From the NCBI GenBank assembly GCA_040414855.1, contig JBEDUQ010000038.1, positions 38,749 through 102,748 of the forward strand: a stretch of DNA of 64,000 bases, read 5' to 3'. Under the pieces are notes generated by a model that worked only from the letters and a program-made list of their open reading frames with translations, was not told the origin of the DNA and made no database searches. This stretch comes from Actinomycetota bacterium (GTDB lineage: Bacteria; Actinomycetota; CALGFH01). Shown here piece by piece: positions 18,556-25,617 of this stretch; the first letter of the stretch is position 1, and each line of letters opens with the position of its first letter. Position numbers and translations under genes: made by a program.

Positions 18556-20046
18556 ATGGCCCGAGGGCGGGAGCACGCCGTCGCCGGTCGGCGCACCCGT
18601 CTTCCCGCCGGATTTGGCGCGGTATGGGGCTGTGTGCTCATCGACCTCATCGGCTTTGGGATCGTCCTCCCGATCTTGCCGCTCTGGGCGGAGCGGTTCG
18701 GCGCCAGCCCCGGCACGATCGGCGCCCTGGTCGCCACCTACTCGGCCTTCCAGCTCGTCTGCGCACCGCTGCTGGGAAGACTCTCCGACCGGATCGGGCG
18801 CAAACCGGTCCTGATCCTGTCGCTGGTCGGCACCGCCGTCGGCAGCCTCGTGACCGGGCTGGCAGGGAGCCTGGCGCTGGTGTTCCTCGGCCGCGCGATC
18901 GACGGGATCTCAGGTGGCAGCGTGGCGGTCGCGCAGGCGGCGGTCGCCGACCTGGCCGAGGAGTCCGAGCGGCCGCGGCTGCTCGGCTTCATCGGCGCGG
19001 CGTTCGGGCTCGGGTTCGTCGCCGGTCCGGCCATCGGCGCGCTGGCCGCCCTCGGCGGTCCACGCACCCCGTTCCTGGTCGCGGCGGCGCTGGCCGCCTG
19101 CAACGCCGTGGTCGCGGTGGTCCGCCTCCCGGAGACCCGCGGCGCCGCCGTTGCCGCCGTTCCGGAGACCCGCGGCGCCGCCGTTCCCGCTGGGGCGGCG
19201 GGCCAGAAGTGGCGGGGTCGCGACGGCGCACCCGCCCGTGGCGCCGGCCGTGGCGGCGCCGAGTGGCCCGATCGTGGATCCGGCCGTGGCGGCGCCGAGT
19301 GGCCAGGCCGTGGCGCCGACCGTGGCGCCGACCGTGGAGCCGAGTGGCCCGGCGGTGGCTCCGACCGTGGCGCCGACCGGGACCCCGGGAACGCCGAGTG
19401 GGCCGACCCGCTCGACCGGGACGGCGCGACGGGCGGCGAGGTGGACGAGGGGCCCATGCGAAGGAAGCGACTGGTGCGGTTGCTGGTGGTGGCGTTCACC
19501 TCGCTGGTGGCGTTCAGCGCGTTCGAGGCGACCTTCGCGCTGTTCGGGGAGCGGCGGCTCGACCTGCGGCTGGCCTCGACCGGGGCGGTGTTCGCGGGCA
19601 TCGGGCTCGCGGTGGTGCTGACCAACGCCGGCCTGGTCGCCCCGGCCGTGCGCCGGCTCGGCGAGCTGGGCGCGCTGCGGCTCGGCCTCGGGCTCAACGC
19701 GCTGGGGCTGGCGCTGCTGGCAATGACGCGGACCTGGGCGATGCTGGTCCCCGCCCTGCTCGCGCTGACGGCCGGACAGGGGCTGATCACGCCGACGCTG
19801 TCGTCGTCGGTGGCGGGCACGGTGGAGGCCTCGCGGCGCGGCGGGGCGCTCGGCTTGCAGCAGGCCGCCGGGGGGCTCGCCCGGGTGGTCGGTCCGCTTG
19901 CCGGCGGTTTCGCGTTCCAGCGCATCGGCATACCGGTCCCGTACGCCGCCGGAGCGGCATTGGCGGCCATATGCCTCCTGCTGGTCCCAAGACGGGCGCG
20001 CAGCCACGCGCCGGAGTTACCCTTGCCTCATGCTCGCGCCCGTTGA
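18556..20046 (+). CDS. MFS transporter (Tet/TCR-like drug:H+ antiporter family) with an expanded repeat-containing central loop
   Basis: ORF 18247-20046 trimmed to ATG 18556 (MARGREHAVAGRRTRLPAGFGAVWGCVLIDLIGFGIVLPILP...). MFS motif A is LLGRLSDRIGRKPVL. Six hydrophobic spans lie on each side of a hydrophilic loop of about 150 aa. Confidence 0.85.
   Translation: MARGREHAVAGRRTRLPAGFGAVWGCVLIDLIGFGIVLPILPLWAERFGASPGTIGALVATYSAFQLVCAPLLGRLSDRIGRKPVLILSLVGTAVGSLVTGLAGSLALVFLGRAIDGISGGSVAVAQAAVADLAEESERPRLLGFIGAAFGLGFVAGPAIGALAALGGPRTPFLVAAALAACNAVVAVVRLPETRGAAVAAVPETRGAAVPAGAAGQKWRGRDGAPARGAGRGGAEWPDRGSGRGGAEWPGRGADRGADRGAEWPGGGSDRGADRDPGNAEWADPLDRDGATGGEVDEGPMRRKRLVRLLVVAFTSLVAFSAFEATFALFGERRLDLRLASTGAVFAGIGLAVVLTNAGLVAPAVRRLGELGALRLGLGLNALGLALLAMTRTWAMLVPALLALTAGQGLITPTLSSSVAGTVEASRRGGALGLQQAAGGLARVVGPLAGGFAFQRIGIPVPYAAGAALAAICLLLVPRRARSHAPELPLPHARAR
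19129..19380 (+). repeat. In-frame tandem repeats inside the MFS central loop (33-bp x2, 36-bp x2, then CGTGGCGCCGAC-type units)
   Basis: CCGGAGACCCGCGGCGCCGCCGTT at 19129 and 19162. GGCCGTGGCGGCGCCGAGTGGCC at 19246 and 19282. Protein: PETRGAAV x2 and (R)GGAEWP(D/G)RG repeats, with AEWP occurring three times plus one AEWA variant. Confidence 0.9.
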
Positions 20047-20731
20047 CAACGAAGCGGTGGTGCTGGCGGTGCTCTCCGACCGCTACGGGCTGCCGATGGA
20101 CCGGCTGGTGCCGGGCGAGATCGCCGTCGCGGAGGTGCAGCACCCGAGCCTGCCCGTGCGGGCGTTCAGCCGGCAGGGCAGCGCGGTGCTCGCCGTGGCG
20201 CCGCAGCACGCGAACCTTCTGCGCAGCCGGCTGACCGACCCGGCGCACCTGCTGCCCGCGCTCGAGGAGGCCGCGGCCGCGCTGCGCGGGCACCTGTTCT
20301 CCGGGGTGGCCCGGACCGGCGTGGCGATCCCGCCGCCCGTCCACGAGGTGACCCTGCTCGACGCGTCGGACCCGCGCCTGCCCGACTGGGTGATCGGCCA
20401 TTTCACGGGCGAGGCGTGGGTGGTGCTCGACAGCGACGGGAGCGTGCTGTCGACCGCGGTGCTGAAGCGCTACGACGACCGCGTCCGCGAGATCTCGGTC
20501 GGCACGGCGGAGCGGGCCCGCGGGCGCAGCCTGGCCCGGTCGGTGGTCGCCGCCGCCGCCCGCGCGGTGCTGGCGCAGGGCCGCGCGGTCCTCTACAACC
20601 ACGCACCCGACAATTACGCGTCGGCGAAGGTCGCGGAGTCGGTCGGCCTGCACGAGTTCGGCCGCTACCACGCGATCGTGCCGGACCGCAGCATCGGAAT
20701 CGAGTACGGCAAGGACGACTCGACCCGCTAG
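20030..20731 (+). CDS. Putative GNAT-family N-acetyltransferase
   Basis: ORF 19898-20731 trimmed to ATG 20030 (17-nt overlap with the MFS stop). The C-terminal part, ISVGTAERARGRSLARSVVAAAARAVLAQGRAVLYNHAPDNYASAKVAESVGLHEFG, resembles the GNAT acetyl-CoA-binding core (R/Q-x-x-G-x-G/A). Confidence 0.6.
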   Translation: MLAPVDNEAVVLAVLSDRYGLPMDRLVPGEIAVAEVQHPSLPVRAFSRQGSAVLAVAPQHANLLRSRLTDPAHLLPALEEAAAALRGHLFSGVARTGVAIPPPVHEVTLLDASDPRLPDWVIGHFTGEAWVVLDSDGSVLSTAVLKRYDDRVREISVGTAERARGRSLARSVVAAAARAVLAQGRAVLYNHAPDNYASAKVAESVGLHEFGRYHAIVPDRSIGIEYGKDDSTR

Positions 20732-20806
20732 CCCTCCACCCCCGCCGCGGTCACAGCAGCCGTTCCGCTAGCGCTCCACCCGCGCCGCGGTCACAGCAGC
20801 CGTTCG
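20727..20806. repeat. 40-bp tandem duplication (37/40 identical) carrying both convergent stop codons
   Basis: Unit 1 (20727-20766): gctagccctccacccccgccgcggtcacagcagccgttcc. Unit 2 (20767-20806): gctagcgctccacccgcgccgcggtcacagcagccgttcg. The GNAT TAG (20729-20731) is in unit 1. The TGA of the TIR-NB-ARC-KAP gene (20791-20793, minus) is in unit 2. Confidence 0.95.
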
Positions 20807-23800
20807 GACGCCTTCGCGATCGACGGCTCCGAGGCGAGAAAGCCGCGGAGCTCCTCGACCCAGAGACGATCGGCGACGGAGGGCGCGCCCGCGGAGACCG
20901 CGCCGTCGGCCAGCCCAGCCGCGGCCAGCGCCTCCTCCCAGTTGTCGGGCTTCCCGGGCTTGCTGGGCTTGCTGGGCTTGCCGTTGGCCTCGGCGGCCTC
21001 CGCGGCGGTCGCATTAGCAGCCTGACTGGCAATCGCCCGGGCGTGTCGCTCCAGGTGGGCGAGCGCGCTGGGAGCGCCGTCGATCGCCAGGCGCGCGCCC
21101 AGCGCGTTGAGCAGGTGCGGCCAGCGGATCGCCAGTACCGCCAGCTTGGCGATCTCGGGACCGTCGGGCGCGAGCACCCCCCGCAGCCGGTCCTGCTGCG
21201 CCACGAAGGTGTAGAAGCGGAACAAATTGATGAATCGCTTGATCTCTCTGGGGTTGGCGGAGTCGAGCTTCGGCAGCGCCTCCTCGATCGCGTCGCGCGA
21301 GTCCGCGTCGCTGTAGAGCTCGACGAAGACGCGGTTGGCCGCCTCCAGCGCCTCGGGCAGCAGGACGCCGTCGGGCACCTCCCCGACGATCTGGGCCTGC
21401 GCGTCTCGCGCGGCCTGCGCCAGGTTCTCGGCGGTGGGCGTGCCGCTCCGGATCGCGTCCTCGATGCGCCGCACCAGGTCCATCCGCAGCCCCTCGCGCG
21501 CGAGGGGGACGCCGGTCCCCGCGTTCGACTCGACGACGCCTTGGGTCGCGGCCGCATTGTCGCCGCTGACGGCGGCCCGCGAATCCCCGGTGCCGCCCAG
21601 GCCCCCCGCGCCCGCCGCATCCCCCGCACCGCCCGCGCCCTCTTTGCCGCCTGCGCCCGCGCCGCCCGCGGCCCCCACCCCGCGCGGCCGCTTGCCGAGA
21701 CCCTCGTCCGGCTCAGGGCCCCCGGGACCGAGCAGCGAGTCGAGGTAGCGGTCGATGCCGCCGGAGCCGACCGGCAGCGGCAGGCTCAGCGGAAGCTGCA
21801 CGATCTTCTCCAGGAAGCGCCAGCCTAGCGACGACCTCCCGCCGTGCGGCTTGCCGCCGAGGCTGGTGACCAGTTCCTTGTAGGCGACCTCGACGTGCGC
21901 GGCCACCACCGCGGGCTCGACCGCGAGCACGAACACGCAGTTCGGGAACTCGCCGGCCAGGAACAGGTTGATCGCCTCGATCACCTGCGCGACCGTGCTG
22001 GGCGAGCAGCGGTCGAGGTCGTCGACGAACACCACCAGCGGCCGCCGCTCGGTCGCGACCAGGTCCAGCACCCGCTTCATGTCCGTCTGCACCAGGTACA
22101 GGAAGCCCAGCCGCGCCTGGTAGCCGGGGTCGCGCACGAGCTCGTCGAACGAGCCCCTCGCCTGCTCGTCGAGCAGCTTCCTGGTGCCGGTGAGGCTCGG
22201 CTCCCCCACCAGCCTGCGGAACTGGCCGGCGGCCTCCTCGCCGAAGAACCCCAGGCCGCGCCGGACGCCGTCGACCAGCGTGCCGAGCGTCCCCAGCGAC
22301 AGCAGCGTCGCCGTCAGCGGCCGCAGCACGTGCCTGGTATCCGGCAGCAGCCAGGCGACGATTCCCATCGCGGCCACCACCAGGATCGCGACGCCGAGGG
22401 TGAGCGCCAGCGGCAGGAAGCGCTCGGCCAGCAGGCGGTAGATCCGCCGCCGCACCGCCTGGCGGTCGACCCGGCGGAGGTTCAGCTCCAGCCAGAATCG
22501 CTCGCGGTCGCCCGGCTCCATGCGGCCGCTGACCTGGGTGATGATCTCGTGGGCGAGGCCCGCCCAGACCTGCTCGCCGCTCTGGTACATCCACGGGTTG
22601 AACCAGACGGTCGGGCGCCAGTCGCGCCGCTGGCCGAGCCGCTCGCTGGCCGGCGGCTCGACGCCGAGCGCCTCGAGGTCGGCCTCACTGGCCCCCGGTC
22701 CGCGGGTCGCGCGCCGCAGCAACTCCAGGACGGTCACCGGCTGCTCCGCCTGGCTCTGTCCCGATGCGGTGGCGCGCGAGCGGCCGCGCCTGCGCTCTGG
22801 GGCCGAGACGCTCAGCGGCCCGTCGTCGGCGAGCGAGCGGCGGGACCGGCCGCTCAGCCGGAGCCGCGTGGGCGTCCAGGTGGCCCGGTCGGAGGGCGGG
22901 TCGAGCCGCTCCTGGACCATCCGCATCAGCGAGGTCTTGCCGGCCCCCCAGGGGGCCTTGACCCCGATCGTCAGCGGCGGGCGGGTCTCCTGATGACGGA
23001 TGAACGAGGCGATGGCGTCGGCGTACTGCCCGTAGCCGAGGGTGTCGTCCGCGGTCCAGAAGTCCCGCGCGATCCGGGAGTCGGGCTCGTAATGACCGCG
23101 GATCGCCAGCCAGCGAAGGGCGCGCCTGAGCGCGGTGCGCCGGTCGTCGGCGCTCTCCTCCGCGTTCAGCCGTGCCTGCGCCAGGTCGCGCACCAGGTCC
23201 CGGACCCGGTAGCGACCCTCCCCAGTCGGTTCGGCGAGCTGCGCCTCGACCAGGCGTCCCAGGGTCGCCTCGGCGTCCTCCAGCGGGACGTCGACCAGGG
23301 TCGCCGCCAGGCCGACCTCGACCTCCGGGTCGAGCAGCAGCTCCATTCGCCGGAACAGCCGGCGGTCGGACCCGGCCAGGTCGTCGTAGACGCGCTCCAG
23401 CCCGGTTCCGAGGCGGGTGGCGCCCGACTCGCCGCTGGGGACCACGAACTGGGTCAGCACCGCGCCGACGTCCAGCTCGGGGTGCTCGCGCATCTGCAGC
23501 GCCAGCAGCGCCACCAGGATCGGCGCGCCTTCGAGCTGGCCGAGCGCCGCGGCGATCGCCTCGCGCTCGGCCTCGACCCGCTCGGCGCCGAGCTCCCATT
23601 CCAGCAGCAGCAGGGCCTGCACCTGCGTGAGGCGCTCCAGGTTGACGACCTTCGTCGCCCAGCCGGTCAGTACCTCCATGCCGTCAGGCTCGTGCCGGCC
23701 GGTGACCACCACCGCCGAGCCAGGTGCCGCCGGAAGCAGGTCGGTCACCCGGCCCAGATCGCTGACGGCGTCCATCACGACCAGGATCTGTCGCCCGGCG

Positions 23801-24477
23801 GTCAGTGTCCGGTACGCCTCGACCTGGACGTCCCGCGGCTCGAACAGCTCCGAGCGGGGCACCCCGAGCGCGTCCAGCAGCAGGCGGATCGGCTGCTCGG
23901 TGGGGCGCGTGCCGACGCTGCAGAACAGCCGGCCGTCCGGGTACCGGTCGCCGAGCCGGTGGGCGAGGTAGCGGGCCAGGCTGGTCTTGCCGATCCCCGG
24001 CGGGCCGGTGATCATCGCGGCGCGGCGTTCGGGGGTCGGCGGTTCGAGGAACTCGACCAGTTCGTCGAGCTCGTGGTCCCGGATCGGGCCCCGGAGCGAC
24101 TCCGGCGGCAGGTTCGACAACCCTGGCCGCATCCGTGCCAGCGTCAGCAGCAGCTCGAAGGCACGCTGGTCGCCGGGGCCGTCGTCGCCGGAGAAGCGGA
24201 CGATCGGCAGCGCCGAGGGGAGCGGCGGCACCCTCAGGTTGCCGACCAGCACCGCCACCTCGCGACCCGCTGTGCTTCCAAGCTCGGACAACACCTCGAG
24301 CGGCCAGCTACTGGACCGCACCATGATGTGCGTCACGCCGGCCGGGATGGACTCCGGCCGGACACCCTCGCTGCGGTGCACCATGATCCCCGACCGCTCC
24401 AGGCGCTCGACCAGAGCTTCAACCCACTCAGCGTCCTCGCGGACGTACGAGACGACGACCTCCGAGGCTGGGTCCAT
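20791..24477 (-). CDS. TIR_2-like / NB-ARC (STAND) ATPase / KAP-family transmembrane P-loop NTPase fusion protein, 1228 aa
   Basis: Single uninterrupted ORF.
- aa 5-110, TIR_2-like: VVVSYVREDAEWVEALVERLERSGIMV ... IMVRSSSWPLEVLSEL.
- aa ~135-460, NB-ARC: Walker A GPPGIGKT (158-165), Walker B ILVVMDAV (231-238), GSAVVVTGR, GAPILVAL, winged-helix GRYRVRDLVRDLA.
- aa ~475-1125, KAP NTPase: Walker A APWGAGKT (508-515), two hydrophobic helices (aa ~687-738) inserted in the NTPase, Walker B LVVFVDDLDRC (814-824), C-terminal PREIKRFINLFRF.
AAGGAAAG precedes the ATG. Confidence 0.85.
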   Translation of the reverse strand: MDPASEVVVSYVREDAEWVEALVERLERSGIMVHRSEGVRPESIPAGVTHIMVRSSSWPLEVLSELGSTAGREVAVLVGNLRVPPLPSALPIVRFSGDDGPGDQRAFELLLTLARMRPGLSNLPPESLRGPIRDHELDELVEFLEPPTPERRAAMITGPPGIGKTSLARYLAHRLGDRYPDGRLFCSVGTRPTEQPIRLLLDALGVPRSELFEPRDVQVEAYRTLTAGRQILVVMDAVSDLGRVTDLLPAAPGSAVVVTGRHEPDGMEVLTGWATKVVNLERLTQVQALLLLEWELGAERVEAEREAIAAALGQLEGAPILVALLALQMREHPELDVGAVLTQFVVPSGESGATRLGTGLERVYDDLAGSDRRLFRRMELLLDPEVEVGLAATLVDVPLEDAEATLGRLVEAQLAEPTGEGRYRVRDLVRDLAQARLNAEESADDRRTALRRALRWLAIRGHYEPDSRIARDFWTADDTLGYGQYADAIASFIRHQETRPPLTIGVKAPWGAGKTSLMRMVQERLDPPSDRATWTPTRLRLSGRSRRSLADDGPLSVSAPERRRGRSRATASGQSQAEQPVTVLELLRRATRGPGASEADLEALGVEPPASERLGQRRDWRPTVWFNPWMYQSGEQVWAGLAHEIITQVSGRMEPGDRERFWLELNLRRVDRQAVRRRIYRLLAERFLPLALTLGVAILVVAAMGIVAWLLPDTRHVLRPLTATLLSLGTLGTLVDGVRRGLGFFGEEAAGQFRRLVGEPSLTGTRKLLDEQARGSFDELVRDPGYQARLGFLYLVQTDMKRVLDLVATERRPLVVFVDDLDRCSPSTVAQVIEAINLFLAGEFPNCVFVLAVEPAVVAAHVEVAYKELVTSLGGKPHGGRSSLGWRFLEKIVQLPLSLPLPVGSGGIDRYLDSLLGPGGPEPDEGLGKRPRGVGAAGGAGAGGKEGAGGAGDAAGAGGLGGTGDSRAAVSGDNAAATQGVVESNAGTGVPLAREGLRMDLVRRIEDAIRSGTPTAENLAQAARDAQAQIVGEVPDGVLLPEALEAANRVFVELYSDADSRDAIEEALPKLDSANPREIKRFINLFRFYTFVAQQDRLRGVLAPDGPEIAKLAVLAIRWPHLLNALGARLAIDGAPSALAHLERHARAIASQAANATAAEAAEANGKPSKPSKPGKPDNWEEALAAAGLADGAVSAGAPSVADRLWVEELRGFLASEPSIAKASERLL

Positions 24478-24553
24478 TTGCTTTCCTTGGGGCGGCGGGC
24501 GGGTTCGCTGGCTGGAGTGAATGCAAACAGAACGGGATGGTCAAGACCTGTTG

Positions 24554-24689
24554 TGCTACTCTCCGCCTCGCAGAGGTTCAACGTTTGGCTTCGCAGCCCG
24601 CAGTCGAGCTTGTCCCTTGCCGTCAACGGCAGAGGTTGCCGTGACGTTGTACGACACCTCCAAGTTGAGGGAGGGAGGGACAAAGCATC
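24554..24689 (+). promoter_or_regulatory. Putative cspA promoter (extended -10 TGcTACTCT at 24554-24562) and long 5' UTR
   Basis: A TGnTAnnnT-type element read at 24554-24562. About 120 nt of leader ends in the GAGGGAGGGAGGGA RBS. Long structured 5' UTRs are usual for cold-shock genes. Confidence 0.4.
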
Positions 24690-24896
24690 ATGACCGTTGG
24701 AACCGTCAAGTGGTTCAACTCCGAGAAGGGTTACGGATTCATCCGGCCGCCCGAGGGCGAGGATGTGTTCGTGCACTTCAGCGCCATCCAGTCGAGCGGA
24801 TACCGAACCCTTGAGGAGGGCCAGACCGTCGAGTTCGAGGTCACCCAGGGCCCCAAGGGCCCTCAGGCCGCCAACGTTCGCGCCGTTACGGAGTAG
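24690..24896 (+). CDS. cspA: Cold-shock protein (CspA family)
   Basis: 68 aa: [33 protein letters not shown], with RNP1 (KGYGFI) and RNP2 (VFVHF) motifs. Confidence 0.95.
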   Translation: MTVGTVKWFNSEKGYGFIRPPEGEDVFVHFSAIQSSGYRTLEEGQTVEFEVTQGPKGPQAANVRAVTE

Positions 24897-24913
24897 CCGG
24901 CCGCCCGGCACCG

Positions 24914-24950
24914 GAGCCCACCCCACCAGGGTGGGCTCTGATCGTTTCGG
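24914..24950 (+). terminator. Intrinsic terminator-like hairpin after cspA
   Basis: Perfect 10-bp stem GAGCCCACCC / GGGTGGGCTC with a 5-nt loop (24914-24938), followed by TGATCGTTTCGG. Confidence 0.6.
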
Positions 24951-24993
24951 GGCTCGTTTCCCTCCGGCGAGGACCGACGCAGCCGCCGGACGC

Positions 24994-25617
24994 TCAGGCC
25001 GGCTCGGCGGTCCAGTCCTCGGCGAGCGCCTCGGAGGGCGGCGGGCGCCCGGGCCCGTCGCCATTGGCGGCGGCCTCGACCAGGTCGACCGCCTCCTCGG
25101 AAGTGGCGGCCACCACGAACAGCGAGCCCTCGCCCTCCCGCGCGAACCCCTGTCCGGTGATCTCCCGCACCATCGCCAGGAACGGGTCCCAGAAGCCGTT
25201 GACGTTGACCAGCACGATCGGGCGGTCGTGGAGGTTGAGCTGCCGCAGGGTCAGCACCTCGAGCAGCTCCTCCATGGTCCCGAAGCCGCCGGGCAGCGCC
25301 ACGAAGGCGTCGGCCCGGTTGTCCATCTCGGCTTTGCGCTCGCGAAGTGTCTCGGTCACCACCAGCTCGTCGGCGGGACCGTAGGCCAGCTCGCGCTCGA
25401 CCAGGGAGCGCGGGATCGCCCCGAAGACCTCGCCGCCGGCGTCGTGGACCGAGGCGGCGACCTCGCGCATCAGGCCGACGTTGCCGCCGCCGTAGACCAG
25501 GCGGTGGCCGCGCCGGCCGATCTCCTTGCCGAGCAGGCGCGCGCTCTCGAGGTAGACCTCGTCGAGGCCGGACGCCGAGGCACAGAACACGCAGATCGAC
25601 AGCCGCGCATCGCTCAC
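24994..25617 (-). CDS. LOG-family (TIGR00730-type) nucleotide 5'-monophosphate phosphoribohydrolase
   Basis: 207 aa: LVYGGGNVGLMREVA and the PGGFGTMEEL motif. Its GTG start overlaps the pepR stop (GTGA). Confidence 0.9.
   Translation of the reverse strand: MSDARLSICVFCASASGLDEVYLESARLLGKEIGRRGHRLVYGGGNVGLMREVAASVHDAGGEVFGAIPRSLVERELAYGPADELVVTETLRERKAEMDNRADAFVALPGGFGTMEELLEVLTLRQLNLHDRPIVLVNVNGFWDPFLAMVREITGQGFAREGEGSLFVVAATSEEAVDLVEAAANGDGPGRPPPSEALAEDWTAEPA

Noticed and set aside
21844-24693. 949-aa plus-strand ORF antisense to the TIR-NB-ARC-KAP gene (and similar ORFs at 20751-21629 and 22685-23599)
   Set aside because: Antisense or off-frame shadows of the 1228-aa gene. They have low-complexity Arg/Gly/Pro/Ala composition, no motifs and no RBS.
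24994-25617. LOG-family protein as a nucleotide-processing partner of the neighbouring TIR gene
   Set aside because: Its GTG start overlaps the pepR stop (GTGA), so it belongs to the conserved pnp-pepR operon. It is separated from the TIR gene by cspA on the other strand.
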